Positions 36,971 to 45,797 of a DNA stretch of 64,000 bases are shown piece after piece. The position numbers and the translations under genes are program-made. Origin of the DNA: Candidatus Omnitrophota bacterium (GTDB taxonomy: Bacteria > Omnitrophota > Gorgyraeia > Gygaellales > Profunditerraquicolaceae); contig JAQUOV010000004.1 of NCBI GenBank assembly GCA_028716965.1, forward strand, positions 8,377-72,376, given 5' to 3'. How positions within the stretch are numbered: position 1 is the first letter of the stretch; each line of letters starts with the position of its first letter. Under the pieces are notes generated by a model. The model saw nothing but the letters and a program-made list of their open reading frames with translations. It was not told where the DNA came from and made no database searches.

Positions 36971-37840
36971 ATGGAAAAATATATTGAGAAGTTTATCCGT
37001 TACCTGGAGATAGAAAAGAATTATTCCGGGCACACTGTGCTTAACTACAGGTTGGACCTTGAGGATTTCGGCAGGTTCCTTGCCGGCACGGAATTAGAAA
37101 AGATAGACTATCTTTCGCTTAGGAAATACCTGGGGGTCTTAAAAGAAAAGAATTTAGGCAACCAGAGTATCGGCCGCCGGCTTTCTGCCCTGCGCAGTTT
37201 TTTCAGGTTTCTCTGCCGTGAAGGGTATCTTAAAACAAACCCTATCCTTATGCTTTCCAGCCCCAAACTGGATAAACACCTGCCTTCTTTTATGACGGAG
37301 GATGAGGTGAGCAAACTTATTGAGTCAGCTTTTGCCAGGGGTGAAGCCGACATCCTGGGTTTACGCGACCGGGCGGTCCTGGAGGCATTTTACTCAAGCG
37401 GCCTGCGTATTTCGGAGCTGGTGGGTTTGAATTTAGACGATATTGATTTTATCGGCGGCATCTTAAAAATAAGAGGGAAGGGAAAGAAGGAAAGGGTGGT
37501 GCCGGTCGGGGAAGCGGCGCTGATGGCGATTAAGAAATACCTGGATAGGAGAAAAAAGCAATCCTCCGCCGTATTCTTAAACAGAAATTCCCGGCGGATT
37601 ACTACGCGCGGCGTACGTTATATACTGGTAAAATACCTGCGCCTGGCCGGGACAAAGCCGGGGGTTTCCGCGCATACCTTCAGGCATTCCTTTGCCACCC
37701 ATCTTTTAAACCGCGGGGCAGACCTGCGCACGGTGCAGGAACTCCTGGGGCATGCGAACCTTTCTACGACCCAGATTTATACGCATCTGACAACTGAAAA
37801 GCTAAAGAGTGTTTATGATAAGGCACACCCGCACGCATAG
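36971..37840 (+). CDS. xerC: Tyrosine recombinase XerC
   Basis: RDRA..SGLRISE, GKGKKER, HTFRHSFATHLL, LLGHANLSTTQIYTH; dprA-topA-xerC synteny. Confidence 0.9.
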   Translation: MEKYIEKFIRYLEIEKNYSGHTVLNYRLDLEDFGRFLAGTELEKIDYLSLRKYLGVLKEKNLGNQSIGRRLSALRSFFRFLCREGYLKTNPILMLSSPKLDKHLPSFMTEDEVSKLIESAFARGEADILGLRDRAVLEAFYSSGLRISELVGLNLDDIDFIGGILKIRGKGKKERVVPVGEAALMAIKKYLDRRKKQSSAVFLNRNSRRITTRGVRYILVKYLRLAGTKPGVSAHTFRHSFATHLLNRGADLRTVQELLGHANLSTTQIYTHLTTEKLKSVYDKAHPHA

Positions 37841-37885
37841 GAAAGCAGCATATAGCAGGTAGCATATGGAATTTAGGGAAAAACT

Positions 37886-39157
37886 ATGTTTATATTGTAT
37901 GATTTTATATTTTTAATCTTCGCGCTACTTTACCTGCCGGTATATTTATTCAAAGGCAAGTTTCATCGCGGTTTCTTAAGGCGGCTGGGGTTTTTGCCCG
38001 ACGGTTTAGAGTTGGACAGGCCTATCTGGATCCATGCGGTAAGCGTAGGGGAGGCTGTCTCAATAAAAGGGCTGGCCGGCGGGTTAAGAAAGGCATATCC
38101 CGGCAAGAAGTTAGTCATCTCTACCGTCACTGCCACAGGCAATAAGATTGCCGCGGGATTAACTGTTGAAGGCGACCTCTTGACCTATCTTCCTTTGGAT
38201 TTTAGCTTTATCGTAAGAAAAGTAATAAAGAAGGTCAACCCTTGTTTGTTTATCATCGCGGAAACGGAGATCTGGCCGAATTTAATCACCTGCCTGCATA
38301 AACAGAAGATCCCGGTATTTACGGTTAACGGCCGGATATCGGACGGCTCTTATTCCGGATACCGCGCGGTAAGATTTTTGATCGGGCCGATCTTACGCAA
38401 GATCAGGCAGTTCTGCGTGCAATCGGATGTTGATGCAGCGCGGTTAAGAAGCCTGGGCGTAGATGGAGAGAATATCCAGGTTACCGGGAACGTAAAATTT
38501 GACATTGATCTTGAGACTGCCGCAGGTTTTGATGCGCAGGCGTTCCGGCAGAAACTCTGGCTGGGTTTAGATGAGAAATTATGGGTCTGCGGCAGCACGC
38601 ATCCGCATGAAGAAGAATTGATTATTGAGGCCTACAAAAAGATTCTGCCTGCTTTTCCCAAGTTGAAACTTCTTCTTGCGCCGAGGCATCCTGAGCGCAG
38701 CGGCGATGTAGGCAGATTAGTTTCGGAAAATCATTTTATGCCGGTATTCATCTCAAGTATATCCGGTGCATGCCCTACCTGCATAAATAGCCCCGTCTTT
38801 ATCCTTGATCTGATGGGGGAGCTGCCGGATTATTATTCCGCCGCGGATATTGTTTTTGTCGGCGGCAGCCTGGTTAAGACAGGTGGACACAATATCCTTG
38901 AGCCGTCCAGCCTGAAGAAGCCGGTATTCTTCGGCCCGTATATGTTTAATTTCCGGGATATCAGCCGCCTGTTCGTAGAAAATAAAGCCGGTATTATGGT
39001 AGGTGATGCCGATGATCTGGTAATCAAGATGAAAGAGGTATTAGGCAGCAGCCTGCTGGCTAAACAGCTGGGCGGGCGTGCGTATGATTTGATTGCCAGT
39101 AACAGGGGCGCAACCGGAAGAAATATTGGGGTGATCAGGCGGTTTGTGCCGGGATAA
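37886..39157 (+). CDS. waaA: Kdo transferase
   Basis: IWIHAVSVGE, ETEIWPN, NGRIS, LAPRHPER, GGHNILEP. Confidence 0.95.
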   Translation: MFILYDFIFLIFALLYLPVYLFKGKFHRGFLRRLGFLPDGLELDRPIWIHAVSVGEAVSIKGLAGGLRKAYPGKKLVISTVTATGNKIAAGLTVEGDLLTYLPLDFSFIVRKVIKKVNPCLFIIAETEIWPNLITCLHKQKIPVFTVNGRISDGSYSGYRAVRFLIGPILRKIRQFCVQSDVDAARLRSLGVDGENIQVTGNVKFDIDLETAAGFDAQAFRQKLWLGLDEKLWVCGSTHPHEEELIIEAYKKILPAFPKLKLLLAPRHPERSGDVGRLVSENHFMPVFISSISGACPTCINSPVFILDLMGELPDYYSAADIVFVGGSLVKTGGHNILEPSSLKKPVFFGPYMFNFRDISRLFVENKAGIMVGDADDLVIKMKEVLGSSLLAKQLGGRAYDLIASNRGATGRNIGVIRRFVPG

Positions 39158-39169
39158 AAAGGAGATAAA

Positions 39170-39640
39170 ATGCCGGAGGATATTTATTTGACCCAGGAAG
39201 GTTATGAGAAGTTAGTTAACGAGCTGGAGTATTTAAAGACAGTTAAACGCCGGCAGCTTTCTAAGGCGGTAGGGGATGCCCGCTCGCACGGAGATATCAG
39301 CGAGAATGCCGAGTATGACGCGGCAAAAGATGCCCAGGGGCATAATGAAAAACATATCGCGGAGCTGGAAGAAAAACTTTCGCGGGTGCGCATACTGGAT
39401 AAAGATATGCCCCGGGACCAGGTCCTTATCGGGGCAAAAGTAAAACTGGTTGATCTGGACACAGAAGAGGAGATGGAGTATACGCTGGTTTCAGAGCTTG
39501 AGGCCGACTATAATCAAAATAAGATTTCTGTCACCTCTCCGGTGGGAGAGGGTTTGTTGGGGCATAAGGAGAATGAGACAGTAGAGATAAAGGTCCCGGC
39601 AGGCCTCTTGAAATATAAAATAATCAAGATATCGCGTTAG
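39170..39640 (+). CDS. greA: Transcription elongation factor GreA
   Basis: HGDISENAEYDAAK, ISVTSPVGEGLLG. Confidence 0.96.
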   Translation: MPEDIYLTQEGYEKLVNELEYLKTVKRRQLSKAVGDARSHGDISENAEYDAAKDAQGHNEKHIAELEEKLSRVRILDKDMPRDQVLIGAKVKLVDLDTEEEMEYTLVSELEADYNQNKISVTSPVGEGLLGHKENETVEIKVPAGLLKYKIIKISR

Positions 39641-40084
39641 GTGCTTATGGAAAAGTTTATGCGGGAGGCAATTAGGGAGGCCAGGAAAAGCCTTATTGAA
39701 GAGGGTATCCCCATCGGGGCGGTACTGGTAAAGGATGGCGTAATTATTGCCAGGGGCCATAACAGGCGCATACAAAAGAATTCCGCGATCCTGCACGCGG
39801 AGATGGATTGCCTGGAGAATGCCGGCAGATTAAAAAGCGCAGATTACAAAAAATGCGTTATTTATTCCACGCTTTCGCCCTGCGATATGTGCATGGGGGC
39901 AATACTGCTTTATAAAATACCTAAGGTGGTAATCGGCGAAAATAAAACTTTCAAAGGGCCTGAGAGTTACGCCAGAAAAAGAGGGGTAAAGATTATCAAC
40001 CTGGATTCTGCGGATTGCAAAGATTTGATGCGGCAGTTTATCAAAAACCGCCCTAAATTATGGGATGAAGATATAGGAGAATAG
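39641..40084 (+). CDS. Zn-dependent nucleoside/cytosine deaminase (FCY1-like)
   Basis: EGIPIGAVL, GHNRRIQ, HAEMDCLENAGR, TLSPCDMC. Confidence 0.9.
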   Translation: MLMEKFMREAIREARKSLIEEGIPIGAVLVKDGVIIARGHNRRIQKNSAILHAEMDCLENAGRLKSADYKKCVIYSTLSPCDMCMGAILLYKIPKVVIGENKTFKGPESYARKRGVKIINLDSADCKDLMRQFIKNRPKLWDEDIGE

Positions 40085-40087
40085 CCT

Positions 40088-40261
40088 GTGGCAATTGAAA
40101 AGATCGGGCATCTGAAAGTCCAGATTTTTAAGATTAAGAACCGCCGGGGGTATGCGGCTGTCTGCTTTGACCATCTTACGGAAGGCAAGTCGGCGCAGGA
40201 GGCTTATGCGCGCATGGTCAAGGCCTTGCGCCGCAGCAGCAATATCGAGAAAGGCTTTTAA
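40088..40261 (+). CDS. 57-aa small protein, HicB-like pattern (absent from the ORF track)
   Basis: GTG start after AGGAGA; MAIEKIGHLKVQIFKIKNRRGYAAVCFDHLTEGKSAQEAYARMVKALRRSSNIEKGF; fills the gap between genes exactly. Confidence 0.75.
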   Translation: MAIEKIGHLKVQIFKIKNRRGYAAVCFDHLTEGKSAQEAYARMVKALRRSSNIEKGF

Positions 40262-40269
40262 TAAGAGCA

Positions 40270-40695
40270 ATGTTTAAACCTAAGAAACAATGTTTGAACT
40301 GTATGGCCAGGACCAGGTGCAGGGATACCGCTGTTTCCTGGCTGTTCCTCTTTATAGGGATAATGGCGACGATCTCCATAAGGGTGATAAACCTTGTTTT
40401 ATCATTTGGGCCATTCTGGCCGAAGTTTTTCTGGTATTTAGGCGTAGCAGGGTTCTTTTTGTATTTTCTTTATAAATTCAGGCAGGACAAGGTATTGCGC
40501 CGGGAACTGGAAAAATACCAGATCCATAATAAGATTTCAAATACCCAGGTTTTAGATAGCCAGGACAGGGAATTTTTGCGCACCATGCTCTGCCGCCTGC
40601 GTTCAAACAAAGATGCCATAAATTATTTTTTCATTTTCAGCAGTTCAGCTATTGTGATGGTCCTGGCGCTTTATCAGGATTTTATCAGAAGATAA
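40270..40695 (+). CDS. Hypothetical membrane protein (about 3 TM helices, N-terminal Cys cluster)
   Basis: CLNC...C followed by hydrophobic helices. Confidence 0.75.
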   Translation: MFKPKKQCLNCMARTRCRDTAVSWLFLFIGIMATISIRVINLVLSFGPFWPKFFWYLGVAGFFLYFLYKFRQDKVLRRELEKYQIHNKISNTQVLDSQDREFLRTMLCRLRSNKDAINYFFIFSSSAIVMVLALYQDFIRR

Positions 40696-40699
40696 AGAA

Positions 40700-41614
40700 A
40701 TGAAGATCAAATATTGGGTTTTGCTTTCGCGCGCCCCGTTCTTAAGCGTGGTTATCCTGCCGTTTGTTTTGGGCACGCTGCTGGCGCAGCGCCTTACGGG
40801 AAAATTTAACCCGGCAATCTTCTTCTTAGGATTATCAGGTGCTATACTTATACAATTATCCGCCCACTATAGCGGAGAGGTTTATGATCTAAAAGAAGAC
40901 CGCCTGGCCGGGGCTTTAGGCAAAAGCCAGTTTAGCGGCGGCAGCCAGGTACTGGTGGATAATTTAATCCCCGGGGGAAAAGTAAAGGCTTTAATATATG
41001 CGGTTATTGCGCTGGCCCTGGCAATAGGGGCGATCCTGCAGTTTTATTTTAAAACCGGGGGATCTACTCTCCTCTTGGGCATTTCAGGGATGATCTGCGC
41101 TTTATTCTATTCTAAGCCTCCGTTGCGCTGGGTAAGCCGTGGTTTAGGCGAGATTTTAATTGCCTATAGCTTCGGCCTTTTAGCCGTAAATACCGCATTC
41201 TATATCCAGGTTTCCAGGTTTGATATTTCAGCTCTTTTCATATCCCTGCCTATTGCTTTTTCCGTGGCAAATATAATATTGATTAATGAATACCCGCATT
41301 ACCGGGCGGATAAAGAGGCAGGCAAAGAGAATCTATTGGTGCGCATAGGAAAAGAAAAAGGGGCTTTTCTTTATACATTGCTTGTTGTCTGCGCGGGGGC
41401 AGCTTTTTGCCTGGCTTTGACCAAGTCCCTGCCTATGGAGAGCGCCTTATTTTATTTCCCGGTATTAATTACTGCCGTGATCCTGGCATATTTAATGCTT
41501 AGAGGCGCATATGAAAATAGGCTCTTGCTTGAAAGAATGTGCGCGATGACTATCCTGGTTAATTTAGGGACTTGTTTTTCTTGTATATTGGGGTTATTGA
41601 TAAGCAAGGCATGA
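40700..41614 (+). CDS. UbiA/MenA-family prenyltransferase
   Basis: RAPFL, YD..ED, SGGS, YSKPPLR..RGLGE, NEYP...DKEAGKENL. Confidence 0.88.
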   Translation: MKIKYWVLLSRAPFLSVVILPFVLGTLLAQRLTGKFNPAIFFLGLSGAILIQLSAHYSGEVYDLKEDRLAGALGKSQFSGGSQVLVDNLIPGGKVKALIYAVIALALAIGAILQFYFKTGGSTLLLGISGMICALFYSKPPLRWVSRGLGEILIAYSFGLLAVNTAFYIQVSRFDISALFISLPIAFSVANIILINEYPHYRADKEAGKENLLVRIGKEKGAFLYTLLVVCAGAAFCLALTKSLPMESALFYFPVLITAVILAYLMLRGAYENRLLLERMCAMTILVNLGTCFSCILGLLISKA

Positions 41615-41997
41615 TGAAGATCACCGGTTTCAGGTTAATTATACTTATTTTGCCGCTTGCTTTATTCACCATGGCTTTCGCAGAAGGAGATTTTTCCCGC
41701 GAATTCAAAATTATACGCCTCCCCCAGGGGAAGAGCATGACCATAGATTTGAAGTCTAATCCCGCAACCGGATACAGCTGGCGCTTAGCCGCAATATCGG
41801 ATAAAGGCGTGCTTGAGTTTCTGAAAAAAGAGTTTTTCCCGGCCGAAGAAAAACTTTTAGGCGCGGGGGGCGTAGAAAAGTGGAGTTTTAAGACGCTTAA
41901 AAGCGGCAAGGCAACTGTTGTTTTTGAATATGCGCGCGAATGGGAAAAGGATGCGCCGCCGGCGAAGAAAGAGGAGTTTAGTATTTTTGTAAAATGA
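41611..41997 (+). CDS. Chagasin / I42 cysteine-protease inhibitor family protein
   Basis: Signal peptide, LKSNPATGYSW, LGAGG, YAREWE. Confidence 0.9.
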   Translation: MMKITGFRLIILILPLALFTMAFAEGDFSREFKIIRLPQGKSMTIDLKSNPATGYSWRLAAISDKGVLEFLKKEFFPAEEKLLGAGGVEKWSFKTLKSGKATVVFEYAREWEKDAPPAKKEEFSIFVK

Positions 41998-42041
41998 AGC
42001 CTGCGGGCTAATGTCCGGGTTAACTTTCGGGGCAGGTTAAT

Positions 42042-42518
42042 ATGAAAACTAATGATAAAAAATTTATGCGCCTGGCGATCGAAAAGGCCAGGGATGGCAT
42101 AAGCAAAGGCCAGACGCCGTTTGGCGCCTGTATCGTAAAAGGGAACAAGGTCATCTCTTGTTGTCATAACCTTGTTTGGAAAAATACCGATATTACCGGC
42201 CATGCCGAAATAACGGCAATCCGCCAGGCCTGCAAAAAGCTTAAAAAAGTTGACCTCTCCGGTTGTGTTATCTATTCCACATGCGAGCCTTGCCCGATGT
42301 GTTTTGCGGCATGCCATTGGGCAAGGGTCAGAAGGGTTGTTTTCGGCTGCGCGATTAAAGATGCGAAGGGTTATGGTTTTAATGAATTGCAGGTTTCTAA
42401 CCGGCAATTAAAACTTCTGGCAAAAAGCAAGGTCAGGATCACCGCGGGAGTATTACTGGAGGAGAATATCGGGCTTTTTAATCTCTGGAAGGCGCAGGCA
42501 AAGCCCAGGGCTTATTAA
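42042..42518 (+). CDS. Nucleoside deaminase (GuaD/TadA-like, probable guanine deaminase)
   Basis: PFGACIV, HAEITAIR, STCEPCPMC, YGFNE. Confidence 0.88.
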   Translation: MKTNDKKFMRLAIEKARDGISKGQTPFGACIVKGNKVISCCHNLVWKNTDITGHAEITAIRQACKKLKKVDLSGCVIYSTCEPCPMCFAACHWARVRRVVFGCAIKDAKGYGFNELQVSNRQLKLLAKSKVRITAGVLLEENIGLFNLWKAQAKPRAY

Positions 42519-42572
42519 CGAAGATTGTAATATATTCCCGGGCGTGTTAATATAGAGAAAGTGAGGGGATAA

Positions 42573-42956
42573 ATGTATAAGGTGGAGGTTGTGCATAAAC
42601 AGGACCTGGCCTTCAGTGTAAAGTCAGGCGAAAGCGAATTCTTGGTGGATGCAAAAGGCAATGGGTTGACCCCTTTGCATGCGCTGCTGGCCGGTTTAGG
42701 CAGTTGTGTCGGAGTTTATATCCGCAAATATGCCGAAGGCTCAAAGTTGAACCTGGAAAATTTCGAGGTTAATGTTTCTGCGGAGCTTTCTAAGGAATCT
42801 CCTTTGTCTTTCAGGCAGATCAGTGTGGGGATAGATTTAAAATCCTCTCTGGCCGATGAACGCAGGCAGAAGGCGCTGCTTGAGTTTATCAAAAACTGCC
42901 CCGTGCATAATACTTTGAAGATAAACCCGCTTATTGAATTTAAATTGATATGTTAG
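42573..42956 (+). CDS. OsmC family protein
   Basis: TPLHALLAGLGSC and CPVHNTL. Confidence 0.9.
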   Translation: MYKVEVVHKQDLAFSVKSGESEFLVDAKGNGLTPLHALLAGLGSCVGVYIRKYAEGSKLNLENFEVNVSAELSKESPLSFRQISVGIDLKSSLADERRQKALLEFIKNCPVHNTLKINPLIEFKLIC

Positions 42957-43672
42957 AGATAAAGATAAGGCAGAATAGCAATATCATTATCCTGGATTTA
43001 TCCGGCCGTGTAGATGCCAATTCCGCAAAACTGGTGGAGATAGTCGGCCAGTGCCTGCGTGAAGGGTATGCGGATATCCTCTGTAATTTAGAGGAGGTGG
43101 AGAGTATTGATTATATCGGTATCTCGGTGCTGGTTATCGCCTATAAAGAGGTGGTTAATAACCGCGGGAGAATGAAATTCATGAATATCCCCATACATCT
43201 CAGGGGGGTGTTTACGGTTTCCGGAATGGATAGGGCCATTGAGATTTACGCTACGGAAGAGTCGGCATTGAATAGTTTTAAGGAAGATAAGGTGATTGAA
43301 GGCATCAAGAAGATGCAGCTTCGCCGCAGGTTCAAGCGCCTGCCCATTGATTTAAAAATAGAGTTAAAATCTAAAACCTCCGGTCAGCCAAGCTGCCTTA
43401 AGGTTGATATATTAAATTTAAGCGCCGTAGGCGCCTTTATATTCGGTTGCGATAAGTTCAAGCTCGGCGACGAATTAATACTTAACATGAAACTGGCGCC
43501 CAGAGAGGAAGAGCTTGTGCTTGACGCATCCGTAGTATGGATCCCGGATAAAGAGGTCCAGCCGCACGAGTATCCGGGTATCGGCGTAGAGTTCCGTAAC
43601 CTCTCTGCCGAAACTCAGCAAAAGCTGATTGATTTCATCGAACGTAACCTTTCCTTTATGTCCTCTGATTGA
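42950..43672 (+). CDS. STAS (anti-sigma-factor antagonist) - PilZ fusion
   Basis: STAS (ILDLSGRVD..VESIDYIGI), then RRRFKR and NLSAVG PilZ motifs, GIGVEF. Confidence 0.88.
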   Translation: MLEIKIRQNSNIIILDLSGRVDANSAKLVEIVGQCLREGYADILCNLEEVESIDYIGISVLVIAYKEVVNNRGRMKFMNIPIHLRGVFTVSGMDRAIEIYATEESALNSFKEDKVIEGIKKMQLRRRFKRLPIDLKIELKSKTSGQPSCLKVDILNLSAVGAFIFGCDKFKLGDELILNMKLAPREEELVLDASVVWIPDKEVQPHEYPGIGVEFRNLSAETQQKLIDFIERNLSFMSSD

Positions 43673-43682
43673 TTATTGATAT

Positions 43683-44339
43683 ATGAAAAAGCTGAAAATA
43701 AGGCCGCGGGCAATTATTTTTGACATGGACGGGGTAATTGTTGATTCCATGCCTTATCACTTTATCGCCTGGTATGAGGCTTTAAGGCCATGGGGGGTGC
43801 GGGTAAGCTGTTTTGAGGTTTACATGCAGGAAGGGGAGCGTTGGGAAGCTACCCTTAAGGGGCTGCTAAGGCGCGCAAAGATCAAACCGACCAAGAAAAT
43901 CTTAAAGGCAATATTCAGCCTGCGCCAGAAGGTATTCAGGCGTTATTTCAAGCGTTATATCTTTCATGGCGCTTATGAATTATTGGTTGCATTAAAAAAA
44001 CAGGGTTTCAGGCTGGGATTAGTTACGGGAAGCCCGCTCAACGAGATAAAAAGTATCCTGCCTGTTAAGCTGCGCAGGGTTTTTAACGCCGTAGTAGCCG
44101 GCAACCAGGTTAAAAAAGGTAAGCCTCATCCTGAACCTTATCTTAAGGCAGCCGGATTATTGGGGCTTGAACCGGGAACCTGTTTGGTTGTAGAGAACGC
44201 TCCCCTCGGTATAGCTTCAGCTAAACAGGCAGGGATGCCGTGTATAGCTGTTTCCACCAGCCTGCCTAAAGAGTATTTGTCCGGTGCGGATATAGTTGTC
44301 AGCCAACTCGCTCAGATCTCCAGTTACATCCCGCTTTAA
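43683..44339 (+). CDS. HAD family phosphatase (beta-PGM-like)
   Basis: FDMDGVIVDS, GKPHPEPY, VENAPLG. Confidence 0.92.
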   Translation: MKKLKIRPRAIIFDMDGVIVDSMPYHFIAWYEALRPWGVRVSCFEVYMQEGERWEATLKGLLRRAKIKPTKKILKAIFSLRQKVFRRYFKRYIFHGAYELLVALKKQGFRLGLVTGSPLNEIKSILPVKLRRVFNAVVAGNQVKKGKPHPEPYLKAAGLLGLEPGTCLVVENAPLGIASAKQAGMPCIAVSTSLPKEYLSGADIVVSQLAQISSYIPL

Positions 44340-44454
44340 TTACATATCTTATTGGTATTCTTGCGTTTTAATCTTTGAAACCATTTGCTTGGATACGCCT
44401 TATGTGATAATATACTTTTTTAAAGAACCCTTATTCGGAGAGAGGAGCAGGAGT

Positions 44455-44727
44455 ATGGATTGGAAGATTTTCTTGGCTACTTTTGGCGCAGTATTCTTTG
44501 CGGAATTAGCGGATAAGACCCAGTTGGTGGGTATCGGCATGGCAGCTAAGACCGGTAAGCCCGTTTCTGTCTGGTTAGGTTCAGTATCGGCCTATGTTAT
44601 TGTCACGTTGATCTCGGTTTTCCTGGGATCTGTTTTAGCCAAATTTATCCGGCCCGAGCTGGTGCGTTATATAGGCGCATCCCTGTTTATTATTATCGGG
44701 TTTTTGATGCTTTTTAAGGCAATTTAA
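44455..44727 (+). CDS. TMEM165/GDT1 (UPF0016) single-domain membrane protein
   Basis: FFAELADKTQL motif; AGGAG RBS; start at ATG 44455. Confidence 0.9.
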   Translation: MDWKIFLATFGAVFFAELADKTQLVGIGMAAKTGKPVSVWLGSVSAYVIVTLISVFLGSVLAKFIRPELVRYIGASLFIIIGFLMLFKAI

Positions 44728-44735
44728 TATTCATT

Positions 44736-45797
44736 ATGTCTTTATCAAGAGATTATTTGTATGATTTAGTTACCTGTAAGGCAAAAGGGCCGTTGGCGGC
44801 GCTTTTAAGAGGTTTGTTGTTTTTATTTTCCTTGCTTTATGGGCTGGCTGTGGTTATCCTGGCGGGTTTTTATAAGCTGCGTCCGGCGCATGTTAGTTGC
44901 AAAGTAATCAGCGTAGGCAATATTACTTTGGGCGGCACAGGGAAGACTGCCCTTGTGGAATATTTGGCGGCTAAGTTAAGCAGGAAAGGGATCAAAGTGG
45001 CGGTGCTCACCCGGGGATATAAAAGAAACGTAAAGCTCCCGGGGATGCAGGGCATGGGTGATGAGCCGCAGATGCTGCAAAAGAAACTTCCGCAGGTACC
45101 AGTGGTTGTAGATAAGGACAGGTTGAGGGCGGCAGGTCAGGCAATCAAAGATTATGCCGCCGATGCCCTGATCCTGGACGACGGTATGCAGCAGTGGAGG
45201 ATATTCAAAGATTTGGAGTTTATAACGATTGATGCCGGGAATCCTTTTGGCAATTATCGCTTGCTTCCGGCAGGTTTTTTACGCCAGCCGCTGGGTGCAT
45301 TAAGGCATTCAGAGATATTTGTTTTGACCCAGGTTAACCCCGGGCAGGATACAACAGCCCTTACGGAGAGGTTAAAGCAGATTAATCCCCGCGCCTTGAT
45401 TGCGGAATCAAGACATAAGCCCGAGGGCTTTAGCAAGCTGGGCAGCCCGGGTGAAATTTTAAGCGTGGACAGCTTTAAGGGTGTATCTGCGGTAGTCTTC
45501 TCGGGGATTGGCAGCCCACAGGCGTTTGAAGATACGGTCCGCTGGCTGGGAATTGGTGTAGCCCGGGCTTTAAGGTTTGCCGATCATCATGATTATACGG
45601 AGACGGATTTAGAAGGCATTATCGGATGCGCAAAAAAAATGTGTTTGGATACGATTATTACAACTGAAAAGGATGCCGTAAAGATCGCCAGGCTTAAATT
45701 TGGCCGCTCGCGCATATTTTCTTTGAACATCAAACTGGTTATAACTAAAAATGAAGCAGAATTTGATCGCCGATTACTTAAGCTGTTTTCTCTTTAG
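44736..45797 (+). CDS. lpxK: Tetraacyldisaccharide 4'-kinase
   Basis: VGNITLGGTGKT, TRGY, GDEP, LDDGMQ, LPAGFLR, TTEKDAVK. Confidence 0.95.
   Translation: MSLSRDYLYDLVTCKAKGPLAALLRGLLFLFSLLYGLAVVILAGFYKLRPAHVSCKVISVGNITLGGTGKTALVEYLAAKLSRKGIKVAVLTRGYKRNVKLPGMQGMGDEPQMLQKKLPQVPVVVDKDRLRAAGQAIKDYAADALILDDGMQQWRIFKDLEFITIDAGNPFGNYRLLPAGFLRQPLGALRHSEIFVLTQVNPGQDTTALTERLKQINPRALIAESRHKPEGFSKLGSPGEILSVDSFKGVSAVVFSGIGSPQAFEDTVRWLGIGVARALRFADHHDYTETDLEGIIGCAKKMCLDTIITTEKDAVKIARLKFGRSRIFSLNIKLVITKNEAEFDRRLLKLFSL

Noticed and set aside
36728-37840. Tyrosine recombinase next to a hairpin repeat as an integron (intI/attC)
   Set aside because: The protein looks like housekeeping XerC in the usual dprA-topA-xerC context, no IntI-specific insertion was seen, and the repeat lacks RYYYAAC/GTTRRRY ends.
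37846-37868. AGCATAT short direct repeat after xerC
   Set aside because: Only about two to three degenerate units, too short to support a call.
41559-42407. 282-aa minus-strand ORF and other long antisense ORFs (20769, 58393, 31165, 15571, 12942)
   Set aside because: They are shadows of well-supported plus-strand genes and have no recognisable motifs.
44340-44454. Possible yybP-ykoY (Mn2+) riboswitch upstream of the UPF0016 gene
   Set aside because: The leader is short and I could not identify the conserved riboswitch elements; an Rfam scan is needed.
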